DNA of 64,000 nucleotides, taken from positions 9,896-73,895 of the forward strand of contig JBPOIB010000004.1 of assembly GCA_052034935.1 (NCBI GenBank). The letters are read 5' to 3'. The notes below the pieces were generated by a model. The model was not told the origin of the DNA and did not search any database. It saw only the letters and a program-made list of their open reading frames with translations. Position 1 is the stretch's first letter, and every line of letters starts with the position of its first letter. Below, one piece after another: positions 18,819-26,396 of this stretch. A program made the translations under genes and the position numbers. The stretch comes from Candidatus Moraniibacteriota bacterium (lineage in GTDB: Bacteria > Patescibacteriota > Minisyncoccia > Moranbacterales > UBA1568).

Positions 18819-19103
18819 TTAGTTCCCTTCTTCGAGCGCCTGCATCTCATCCGCGACATGCGCGTCGAGATCGTCGCGATCAGCCAGTGCCTCGTCAATG
18901 AGATCATCGGCGACCGCATCCGGCGTCACTGTCACAGGAAGCGGCTTGGCCGACTCTGTCGGCATCGAAGTCTTCTTCGTATTGGTCACCGTCTTTACCG
19001 ATCCATCCATTTTCTGCGCCGCATACTGGGAATAGATGAGCGCCAGGATCACCATGATGAGAAAAAGGGCGAACCCGAAGCCGAGCATTCTTCTCGGTAT
19101 CAT
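18819..19103 (-). CDS. Small membrane-anchored protein with acidic C-terminal tail (paralog b)
   Basis: TM segment FGFALFLIMVILALIY, acidic tail PDAVADDLIDEALADRDDLDAHVADE, similar in design to the 17495..17854 product. Confidence 0.5.
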   Translation of the reverse strand: MIPRRMLGFGFALFLIMVILALIYSQYAAQKMDGSVKTVTNTKKTSMPTESAKPLPVTVTPDAVADDLIDEALADRDDLDAHVADEMQALEEGN

Positions 19104-19270
19104 ATGTTTGTGTGTTTACGTCTTTATTTATTACTTCACGCGAGCCGGATTTCCAGCCACGTTTCTTTTTCCAGTATAGCATCCTTTCCTGGTCTCCTTG
19201 TCAAGGACCATCAATCGCAGTACCTTTGAGTCGACAGTCCCTTGGCACCTTCCCAAATCGGAGGCCCACT

Positions 19271-19675
19271 ATGCAACTCATTCCGTCTCTCAAAACTCTT
19301 TTCAAATGGGAAAGATCCCCCACTTTCTACACGGTTGCCCTCTCGAGAAGACTTCGTTGTTATGATGGGAACAGCATCCCTCGGTTCTTTATCCGACACG
19401 AACTCGTCTACATGGATATCGTTTCCGCTTCATGTGAAGCCGAAGCTATTTTTGAGGCGCTCAGCCACTACTTCAGTGATCGGCTGACCTTTCGCTGGCA
19501 AGAAAGAGCGGCGCCCCTCAGCAACGAAGCCCTTGCCGAGATTGATGTCTTTGCGAACAGTCTCGCCTTTTCATTCTTCAGACGGCTTGGCACGCCAAGT
19601 CAGATACTCTTCGCTGAATCAGGGCTCTGGCAGAGCAACCAAGGACCGGAGCTCGCCTATGAAAAAACTGCCTAG
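19271..19675 (+). CDS. Hypothetical protein (134 aa)
   Basis: GGAGG SD 7 nt upstream of ATG 19271. The longer ORF from 19112 has no ribosome-binding site. Confidence 0.45.
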   Translation: MQLIPSLKTLFKWERSPTFYTVALSRRLRCYDGNSIPRFFIRHELVYMDIVSASCEAEAIFEALSHYFSDRLTFRWQERAAPLSNEALAEIDVFANSLAFSFFRRLGTPSQILFAESGLWQSNQGPELAYEKTA

Positions 19676-19701
19676 TCAGTACGTGCCCTCCTCACTCGCG
19701 G

Positions 19702-21759
19702 CTATACCGTTGGTGGGGATTTTCTTTTCTCTTTTTTCGGACCGTCGAGCTGCGCTTCGAGCGCGCGGATCTCATCACGGAGGATGGCCGCCGTCTCGAA
19801 ATCGAGCAGCTTCACCGCCGCCTTCATCTCACGTTCTTTTGAACGGATGATTTTCCCCGGATCCTTGGCAAATCCCTTGGCATCGAGTGCGAGCGACACG
19901 GCGACCGCCTTGTCATGCTCGCTCTGGAGCCGCTCGGTGATGTCATGGATGTTTTTCTTAATCGTCTGCGGCGTGATGCCGTGTTCGGTATTGTACGCGA
20001 GCTGGAGAGCGCGACGCCGGGCCGTCTCGGAGAGGGCATACTCGATCGAACCGGTTGCCCGGTCCGCATAAAGCGTCACCCGCCCCAAGACATTGCGGGC
20101 GGCGCGGCCGATGATCTGGATGAGCGAGGTCTCGGAACGGAGGAAGCCCTCCTTGTCCGCATCGAGGATGCCGATAAAGGTCACTTCCGGAAGGTCGAGC
20201 CCCTCGCGCAGCAGGTTTACACCGACCAAAACATCAAACTCGCCTTTGCGGAACTGGGTCAGAATTTTGATCCGATCGATGGTTTTGATATCGCTATGGA
20301 GGTATTCGGCCTTGATTTTCTTTTCTTTCAGGTACTGCGCCAGGTCCTCCGCCATTTTCTTGGTCAACGTCGTCGCGATGACGCGTCCGCCCTGCTTTAC
20401 TTCCTTTTCCGCTTCGGCGATAAAGTCCCCGATCTGGCCCGGATAGTCATCACTCGCGCGGATGGGTCGGACGCTCACCTCGGGATCGAGGAGGCCAGTC
20501 GGCCGGATGACTTGTTCGACGATCTGTTTACTCACTTCGCGCTCATAATCAGCTGGTGTCGCCGAAGTGAAGACGACGGAACCGACCCGCTCGAGGAATT
20601 CGTCATGCTTGAGCGGCCGGTTATCGAGCGCACTCGGGAGCCGGAAACCGAAATCGACGAGTGTTTTCTTCCTCGCCTGGTCGCCATTGTACATACCTCG
20701 AAGCTGCGGCAAAGTGACGTGTGACTCATCGATGATCGTGAGAAAATCCGGTGTTCCATCAGGAAGATGCGGAAAATACGAGAGGAGCGTCTCGGGCGGT
20801 TCGCCAGCCTGCTTCCCCGAAAGATGCCGCGAGTAGTTCTCGATGCCAGAACAGTAGCCGATCTCGTCGATCATCGCGACATCATAGTGTGTCCGCCGCT
20901 TCAGCCGCTCGGCCTCAAGCAGCTTTCCTTCCTTCTCGAACTTCTTCAGTTGTTCCGCAAGTTCTTCGCGGATCGTTACCAGCGCCTTCTCTTTCTTGTC
21001 CTGGTCGGTGATAAAATGCTTCGCTGGAAAAAGGAAAATCGACTGTTCTTTCGCGAGTATTGTCTGCGAGACGGGGTCAATCTTTGTGATGGCTTCGACA
21101 CGATTCGCGCCAATCTCGATTGAGTAGAGGAACTTCTCAGAGATCGGCATCACCTCGATTCGGTTTCCGATTGAGCGGAAATGCCCCGGCGTGATATCAG
21201 CGTTGGTCCGTTCGAAGAAAATCGCGACGAGACGCTTCAGTATCTCCTGGCGTGTGATAGCATCACCAAGCTTGAGCACGATATTCTCCCGGAGATACTC
21301 CTCAGGACTCCCTAAGCCGTAGATACATGAAACGCTCGCCACAATAATCACGTCTTTCCGGGTCAAAAGCGACTGAGTCGACGCATGCCTTAGACGGTCG
21401 ATCTCCTCGTTGATCGACGCGTCCTTTTCAATATAGGTATCCGTGATCGGCATGTAGGCCTCCGGTTGATAAAAATCGTAGTAGGAAACAAAGTAATGCA
21501 CCGCTGCATCCGGAAAGAACTCTTCAAATTCTTGTGCGAGCTGGGCGGCCAGCGTCTTGTTGTGAGCGATAACCAAGGTCGGCTTCCCCCACTGTGTGAT
21601 CGCATTCGCCATCGTGAACGTCTTGCCGGAACCGGTCACCCCGAGGAGTGTCTGGAAATCATCCCCGCGCTTGAGCCCATCGACTAAAGCAGAAATCGCC
21701 TTGGGCTGATCGCCGGCCGGCGGCCAGTTGGATTTGAGCTGAAAGGGTGAATTCGACAT
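19702..21759 (-). CDS. uvrB: Excinuclease ABC subunit B
   Basis: GVTGSGKT Walker A and the UvrB N-terminal signature FQLKSNWPPAGDQP. Start at ATG 21759 is preferred because a TATACT -10 box lies at 21781-21786, downstream of the GTG 21804 start given by the ORF track. Confidence 0.93.
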   Translation of the reverse strand: MSNSPFQLKSNWPPAGDQPKAISALVDGLKRGDDFQTLLGVTGSGKTFTMANAITQWGKPTLVIAHNKTLAAQLAQEFEEFFPDAAVHYFVSYYDFYQPEAYMPITDTYIEKDASINEEIDRLRHASTQSLLTRKDVIIVASVSCIYGLGSPEEYLRENIVLKLGDAITRQEILKRLVAIFFERTNADITPGHFRSIGNRIEVMPISEKFLYSIEIGANRVEAITKIDPVSQTILAKEQSIFLFPAKHFITDQDKKEKALVTIREELAEQLKKFEKEGKLLEAERLKRRTHYDVAMIDEIGYCSGIENYSRHLSGKQAGEPPETLLSYFPHLPDGTPDFLTIIDESHVTLPQLRGMYNGDQARKKTLVDFGFRLPSALDNRPLKHDEFLERVGSVVFTSATPADYEREVSKQIVEQVIRPTGLLDPEVSVRPIRASDDYPGQIGDFIAEAEKEVKQGGRVIATTLTKKMAEDLAQYLKEKKIKAEYLHSDIKTIDRIKILTQFRKGEFDVLVGVNLLREGLDLPEVTFIGILDADKEGFLRSETSLIQIIGRAARNVLGRVTLYADRATGSIEYALSETARRRALQLAYNTEHGITPQTIKKNIHDITERLQSEHDKAVAVSLALDAKGFAKDPGKIIRSKEREMKAAVKLLDFETAAILRDEIRALEAQLDGPKKEKRKSPPTV

Positions 21760-21796
21760 ATGATGGGAATAAGAAATGCGAGTATAGCGCGAAAGA

Positions 21797-22489
21797 CTAG
21801 TCACGGGAAGGCTTGAAGAAATCTATGACGTGACGGAAAAGCCGGAAGCTATGATGACGATAGATATAGAGGAGCACGAAAATACCGATGGCGATGAGCA
21901 CGATGAGTATGCTCAGTCCGAAACGAACCCGCTCGATGTCCATGAAGAAAGCGCGAAGCTGACGAACGCCATAGTAGCCTGCAAAGGCGTAGAAGAGGTC
22001 CTTCGAGAAATTCCCACAGTAGGACGCGATGAGGAAGGCTTTAAGCCGGACACGGATGACGCCACAGGCGATTGATACTGCTGTGGTAGGAACAAATGGA
22101 ATCACCCGGAGGATATAGATGATTGCCCCGTCACGCCAGGGACTGCCACCCGCGAGTTTTCGACCAATCCGCTCGATGTCCTCATGCTTCACACCGATGT
22201 AGCGACCGAAACGACCAGTCAGGATATCCTCGGCCCGATCACCGACCGTGTAATAGATGAATGATCCGAGGAGCTTGCCAATGTTACCAAGCAGTACGAG
22301 CCAGACCAAGAAGAAAGTCGTCCGACCTTCCAATTGAGCAAAAAAACCAACCGTCGTCATAACCAGCATCGACGGAATCGGCGCGACCAGTTCCTCGGCG
22401 AAGGCGCCAAAAAATACAAAAATTTCAAGCGGCACAATGCCCGCCAACTCACGAATCCCGAATTCCGCTTGCTTGATCCAATCGATCAT
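21797..22489 (-). CDS. DedA/SNARE-associated (TVP38/TMEM64) family membrane protein
   Basis: 230 aa, multi-TM, with a DedA-like core. TATAAC -10 box lies 6 nt upstream of the ATG, so the transcript is leaderless-like. Confidence 0.8.
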   Translation of the reverse strand: MIDWIKQAEFGIRELAGIVPLEIFVFFGAFAEELVAPIPSMLVMTTVGFFAQLEGRTTFFLVWLVLLGNIGKLLGSFIYYTVGDRAEDILTGRFGRYIGVKHEDIERIGRKLAGGSPWRDGAIIYILRVIPFVPTTAVSIACGVIRVRLKAFLIASYCGNFSKDLFYAFAGYYGVRQLRAFFMDIERVRFGLSILIVLIAIGIFVLLYIYRHHSFRLFRHVIDFFKPSRD

Positions 22490-22513
22490 GAAGAAGTTAT
22501 ATTGTCCACCAGG

Positions 22514-22838
22514 CTACAGTGCCCGATTGAATGCATCATCGATTTTGTCCAAATCTTTCGGCTCGAGGTGGAGCTTGGAGGCATCGTGCCTGAGGTCCGC
22601 CATCATCTCTTCCTTTTCCCCATGGTTCATACCACTCGACATGAATCCCTGCTTGTCCATATGACCGGCCGCGGCTGCCCCAACAATCGTCCGTTCCTGC
22701 TCATTGAGGCCATCACGCCGGAGCCGGCCCATGACGTCTTTCTCTAGTTCGCGCTTGGTCACATGACCATAGGTATGTGGGGTCGGATGGGAGGAAGCGG
22801 GGGGCGTGCTTGGCTTTGATGGAAAAAAGAGGCCCATA
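22514..22838 (-). CDS. Hypothetical small protein
   Basis: ORF truncated to ATG 22838, because the tRNA-operon promoter occupies the longer N-terminal extension. A TATACT -10 box lies upstream on the minus strand. Confidence 0.35.
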
Positions 22839-22887
22839 AGGTATTTGGTTAATACTTTGCTCCAGTATACCATCCGGCCGGATCGGA

Positions 22888-22914
22888 AGATGACAAAATC
22901 CAAAACTTTCCCTA
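22888..22914 (+). promoter_or_regulatory. Sigma70-type promoter of the tRNA cluster
   Basis: ATGACA, 17 nt, then TATACT (22909-22914). tRNA-Ala starts at 22938. Confidence 0.45.
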
Positions 22915-22937
22915 TACTCCCTCTGTCGACGTCTCTC

Positions 22938-23010
22938 GGGCCGTTAGCTTAGTTGGTAGAGCGCCGCGTTTGCAACGCGGAGGTCGCCGGTTCGAATCCG
23001 GCACGGTCCA
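22938..23010 (+). tRNA. tRNA-Ala(TGC)
   Basis: Hand-folded cloverleaf with acceptor GGGCCGT/ACGGTCC including the G3:U70 alanine identity pair, anticodon loop TTTGCAA, T-loop TTCGAAT. No encoded CCA. Confidence 0.9.
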
Positions 23011-23087
23011 CCCAAAGATGGTATAGTTGAGACACAGTCCGCCGAGACTTGATTGTTTTGGTGTTGTATTGTAGGATTCGGGGTGCT

Positions 23088-23161
23088 TTTCAGAGCGGGT
23101 GATTAGCTCAGGTGGTTAGAGCGCGACACTGATAATGTCGAGGTCCATGGTTCGAGTCCAT
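23088..23161 (+). tRNA. tRNA-Ile(GAT)
   Basis: Acceptor GGGTGAT/ATCACCC, D-arm GCTCAGGTGGTTAGAGC, anticodon loop CTGATAA, T-loop TTCGAGT. Confidence 0.9.
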
Positions 23162-23201
23162 GATCACCCACAGGAGTTGGTCTCCATCGAAAGAGAATAC
23201 A

Positions 23202-23275
23202 GCGGGGTAGAGCAGTCTGGCAGCTCGCTTGGCTCATAACCAAGAGGTCGGTGGTTCAAATCCACCCCCCGCAAC
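23202..23275 (+). tRNA. tRNA-Met(CAT), initiator-like
   Basis: Strongly resembles bacterial tRNA-fMet (GCGGGG...GAGCAG.CUGG.AGCUCG...CUCAUAACC...GGUUCAAAUCC...CCCCGCAAC) with a 1:72 mismatch (A1.A72). The anticodon stem has only two G:C pairs flanking the loop. Confidence 0.8.
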
Positions 23276-23382
23276 AAATAACAGCCATCAGCAGGTGACA
23301 GATACTGTGGCAATTGTCTTCCCCTGCTTACGCTCTTATTTCCGCGCCATGCAATACGCGGAGGGCGACTTATTGCATCCCC

Positions 23383-23456
23383 GCCAGGGTAGCTCAGTTG
23401 GTTAGAGCACGGGACTCATAAGCCCGGGGTCGCGAGTTCGAATCTCGCCCCTGGTA
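23383..23456 (+). tRNA. tRNA with CAT anticodon, elongator Met or lysidine-modified Ile2
   Basis: Acceptor GCCAGGG/CCCTGGT (G1.U72), D-arm UAGCUCAGUUGGUUAGAGCAC like elongator tRNA-Met, anticodon loop CTCATAA. Preceded by an ATGCAATA/TATTGCAT hairpin. Confidence 0.8.
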
Positions 23457-23479
23457 CTGGTACAAAATTGAATATTCAC

Positions 23480-23556
23480 GGGGGCGTAGCTCAGCTGGTT
23501 AGAGCGTCTGCCTGTCACGCAGAAGGTCACGGGTTCGAGTCCCGCCGTCCCCGCCA
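23480..23556 (+). tRNA. tRNA-Asp(GTC) with encoded CCA
   Basis: Acceptor GGGGGCG/CGTCCCC, anticodon loop CTGTCAC, T-loop TTCGAGT, discriminator G, then CCA. Confidence 0.9.
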
Positions 23557-23563
23557 TAACAAA

Positions 23564-23596
23564 ATCTCTCCTCCTTTTGGGGGAGAGATTTTTGTT
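23564..23596 (+). terminator. Intrinsic terminator of the tRNA operon
   Basis: ATCTCTCCTCC-TTTT-GGGGGAGAGAT followed by TTTTGTT. Confidence 0.7.
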
Positions 23597-23734
23597 CTAT
23601 AGTGGGGGCGAGAGGAAACCAACTGCTTGGTTTCCGTCGGGACGAGAAAGACGGAACGCTGCCGAGTCAGTAGACGAGGCTGTGAGTCAGGGTCGGGAAA
23701 ATTCATGAGCGACGGCGAATGAATTATTTCTGAC

Positions 23735-23758
23735 CGAGTCCCGCCGTCCCCGCCATAA
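23735..23758 (+). repeat. 24-bp direct repeat of the tRNA-Asp 3' end (CGAGTCCCGCCGTCCCCGCCATAA)
   Basis: Identical to 23536-23559. It is preceded about 130 nt upstream by GGGGGCG, the tRNA-Asp 5' acceptor sequence, and followed by its own terminator. Confidence 0.7.
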
Positions 23759-23762
23759 AAAA

Positions 23763-23797
23763 CCGCGCTGCCTCCCTTGATGCAGCGCGGTTTTTTC
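23763..23797. terminator. Bidirectional intrinsic terminator
   Basis: AAAAAACCGCGCTGC-CTCCCTTGAT-GCAGCGCGGTTTTTTC. It also serves the convergent anti-sigma gene. Confidence 0.75.
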
Positions 23798-23811
23798 TTA
23801 TTCGTTAAAAT

Positions 23812-24714
23812 CTAGTCTTCAGCCTCGCGTTCGGAATCCTCTTGATTTTCTTCGGATTCTTCTTGATCCTCATCATGATCTTCACTCTCCTCCTCTTCGC
23901 TTTCCTCTCCGTCTTCTTCATCAATATCTCTTTCTTCTGACCCCTCTTCGTCATCAGATTCTTCCTCATGTTCTTCGGCTTTCGGCCTCACCGATGCGGA
24001 CGTCGGTTTTTTCGATTCCCACGACCGGACTTCCGTCGCCCGGAACGTCTCATTATCCTCAGTTTCACCGATGATTTTTATCTCCTGATTTTCCTTCAGT
24101 TCAACCGACTCGCTCATGAGAGCATCTTCGGTATCGATCTTCCACGCCTTATCCTCGAAATCGCGGATTTCAAATGATTTTCCTTCATCGATTGAAGTGA
24201 TCGTGCCGCCAAGCAGACCGTCTTCCGGCTGCGACCACTGCTTTTCTACCGATGGCAGGACGCGGGCTTCGAAACTCCGGTAGCCGGGAATCTTGTACAT
24301 GAGCGCCGATTCGATCCGCTCCTCCCCTGGCCAGCGTTCGAATGTCGCGCCCATCGCTACGCCGGACAGAAAGAGCAGCCCGAACATGCTCACAAGCGAG
24401 TATCGATATCCGTACTTAGTCTGCCGAAGAAGAGCGACTCCAGCGATCAGTATCAGTGCGAGTAAAACCGTCCAGAGCAGTGGCGACAGTGACTGCAGAA
24501 CCTCAATCGGCGTAAAACCGAGTTCTTGATAGACATGCCAGTCGATCTCGAAGAGCACATGTACCGTCAGCATGATGCCAAAGGCCGCCAGCACGGAAAC
24601 AAAACCCGCAGCCGCCCATTTCGCTCCACCGAGAAGCAGAAGCTTCCACCGAGCAATCGGCGCCACTCGTCCCTCTGCGATACGTTCCAATGTTTTTGTC
24701 GAGAGTGCGGACAT
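23812..24714 (-). CDS. Putative anti-sigma factor: polytopic membrane protein with poly-acidic Ser/Glu/Asp C-terminal tail
   Basis: Lies immediately downstream of the ECF sigma gene with a 6-bp gap. Several TM helices and a tail EEHEEESDDEEGSEERDIDEEDGEESEEEESEDHDEDQEESEENQEDSE. The anti-sigma role is inferred from position only. Confidence 0.45.
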   Translation of the reverse strand: MSALSTKTLERIAEGRVAPIARWKLLLLGGAKWAAAGFVSVLAAFGIMLTVHVLFEIDWHVYQELGFTPIEVLQSLSPLLWTVLLALILIAGVALLRQTKYGYRYSLVSMFGLLFLSGVAMGATFERWPGEERIESALMYKIPGYRSFEARVLPSVEKQWSQPEDGLLGGTITSIDEGKSFEIRDFEDKAWKIDTEDALMSESVELKENQEIKIIGETEDNETFRATEVRSWESKKPTSASVRPKAEEHEEESDDEEGSEERDIDEEDGEESEEEESEDHDEDQEESEENQEDSEREAED

Positions 24715-24720
24715 AAGCGC

Positions 24721-25308
24721 TCAAGCATCAAGCTGTTTAAGGAGTAATTCTTTTCCACGCTTCACGGCCGTCGCCACGCTTCCCTTCGGCATTTTGAGGA
24801 TATCAACAATCTCTTCATATGACTTTTCTTCGAGAAAGCGCAGCACGAGTACCTCGCGATACCGCTCTGGTAGGGAGTCGATTGTTCGGCGCACGCTCTC
24901 AAGCTCTTCCTTATTCCAGAGAGATGCTTCGGTATCACTTTTTGCCGGGACAAGCCGGGCCACATCCTCGAGCGACCACTCGAAGCGCACCGGAGAAGCT
25001 GTGTGGCGGCGCAAAGCATCAATCGCCTGGTTATGAGTAATACGATAGAGCCACGCGGAAAATTTCAGCGATGAATCATAGTCGTTCAGATGGCGGTACG
25101 CCTTGATGAAGGCTTCCTGAAGAATATCTTCGACTTCCTCCCCAGCCCAGCCGGTCAGTCGCATCAGATAACGGAGAAGCGGGGCTTCATAGCGCTCCAT
25201 GAGCTGACCGAAAGCCTCCGGATTCTCCCTGGCGGCCGCGATTAAATCCTCGTCTTCGCGGGGGCGATCAGCCTCGTCTATCGGCATTTTCTGTTCCTCT
25301 GCAATCAT
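24721..25308 (-). CDS. ECF-type sigma-70 family RNA polymerase sigma factor
   Basis: Region 2 (ILQEAFIKAYRHLNDY) and region 4 HTH (LPERYREVLVLRFLEEKSYEEIVDILKMPKGSVATAVKRGKELL). Start at ATG 25308 has a GAGG SD. A GGAAAT-N13-CGTCA ECF-like promoter lies upstream. Confidence 0.85.
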   Translation of the reverse strand: MIAEEQKMPIDEADRPREDEDLIAAARENPEAFGQLMERYEAPLLRYLMRLTGWAGEEVEDILQEAFIKAYRHLNDYDSSLKFSAWLYRITHNQAIDALRRHTASPVRFEWSLEDVARLVPAKSDTEASLWNKEELESVRRTIDSLPERYREVLVLRFLEEKSYEEIVDILKMPKGSVATAVKRGKELLLKQLDA

Positions 25309-25410
25309 TACGATATGCCTCAAGAGAGCCTTAATGACGGATTTTGAAAACAATTTCCCTGGAAATTCGTTGTACTCTCTGTAAGACGCTTAACGATTTT
25401 ATCCTATCAT

Positions 25411-25839
25411 ATGGGAAAAATAAAACTCCGACTCCTGCTTTTTGTCCTCTCCTTTGCAGCTTTCTTCGGTCCGTTCGGAGCGGTAATTGCCCACGAACGC
25501 AGCAAGTTTTTCTCAAGGCTTTCCGAGGAGCGGAAGGCGTATCTCGCCGAGCAGGCCGAGACGGAGCGTGCCCGGGTCGCCTATCTTCAGGATGTCGAAG
25601 TAAAACGCGGCGAGATGAAGGCCTATATGGAGACAGAAAAAGCTCGCTACGAAAGTATTCTCGCCAACCAGAAAACCGAGATAGAGAAGCATCAGCGTGT
25701 TGCGACGCGGACCACGACTGTGAACACGGTCCAGAAGCAAACAGTCTCGACACCGGCGAAAACGACTACCGCGGCAAAACCCGCAGCCACTGTTAAAAAA
25801 AGCAAACCAAAAGCGGCAGCGAAAACAAAAACTTCCTAA
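25411..25839 (+). CDS. Secreted Lys/Thr/Ala-rich hypothetical protein
   Basis: Signal peptide MGKIKLRLLLFVLSFAAFFGPFGAVIA, coiled-coil middle, basic low-complexity tail. Confidence 0.5.
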   Translation: MGKIKLRLLLFVLSFAAFFGPFGAVIAHERSKFFSRLSEERKAYLAEQAETERARVAYLQDVEVKRGEMKAYMETEKARYESILANQKTEIEKHQRVATRTTTVNTVQKQTVSTPAKTTTAAKPAATVKKSKPKAAAKTKTS

Positions 25840-25850
25840 GGATAAAGACT

Positions 25851-26396
25851 ATGCGATTTCTCATTGCCCTCAGACTGACCAGCATTTTCATTCTCACTCT
25901 CGGCCTTGGTTTCGGCCTCAGTATCGCTCTGCCAGAGGCTAACCCATTTGCCGGCACTCACTCCGCGTGGGCGCGTGAGGATGATGAGGAAGGATCGGAA
26001 GATTCGGAGAGTTCCGAGGATTCGGAATACGAGGACGAGGATAGCGAAGATGAATCATACTCGAGCAGTGATGATGAAGCTGTAATCGAAACAGTGAGCG
26101 AAGAAAAGACCGCGAAGCCGGAAACCGTGGTTCAAAATGTGGTTACCGCGACACCAATCACCGAAACCTATATCGAAACCGATCCCGGCTACGGAACCGA
26201 TGGCGATGGCGATGGTCTCGTCGATGCGCTCGATCCCGATCCGGTCATTCCACAGACGGCCTACTTCACCGATGACGATGGCGACAGCGTACCGAACGCG
26301 CTCGATATCTGGCCGGGCACTGATGATCTCCTCACCCTCAGCGATGAGGAGGATACCAACAGCAACGGCATCCTCGACAGCTATGAATCGCTATGA
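25851..26396 (+). CDS. Secreted acidic protein with thrombospondin-type-3-like Ca-binding Asp repeats
   Basis: Signal peptide, an acidic Ser/Glu/Asp block, and repeats of the D-x-D-G-D-G-x-x-D-x-x-D type (DGDGDGLVDALDPDP, DDDGDSVPNALD). Confidence 0.55.
   Translation: MRFLIALRLTSIFILTLGLGFGLSIALPEANPFAGTHSAWAREDDEEGSEDSESSEDSEYEDEDSEDESYSSSDDEAVIETVSEEKTAKPETVVQNVVTATPITETYIETDPGYGTDGDGDGLVDALDPDPVIPQTAYFTDDDGDSVPNALDIWPGTDDLLTLSDEEDTNSNGILDSYESL

Noticed and set aside
19915-20724. 269-aa plus-strand ORF inside uvrB, with similar cases 44188..44940 inside pilB and 60146..61144 and 61646..62869 inside the lipoprotein genes
   Set aside because: All are antisense to genes with strong homology or signal-peptide logic; typical high-GC shadow ORFs.
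22930-23560. Possible rRNA operon spacer (tRNA-Ile plus tRNA-Ala)
   Set aside because: No 16S or 23S sequence anywhere in the window. The tRNAs have their own promoter and terminator and are followed by Met and Asp tRNAs.
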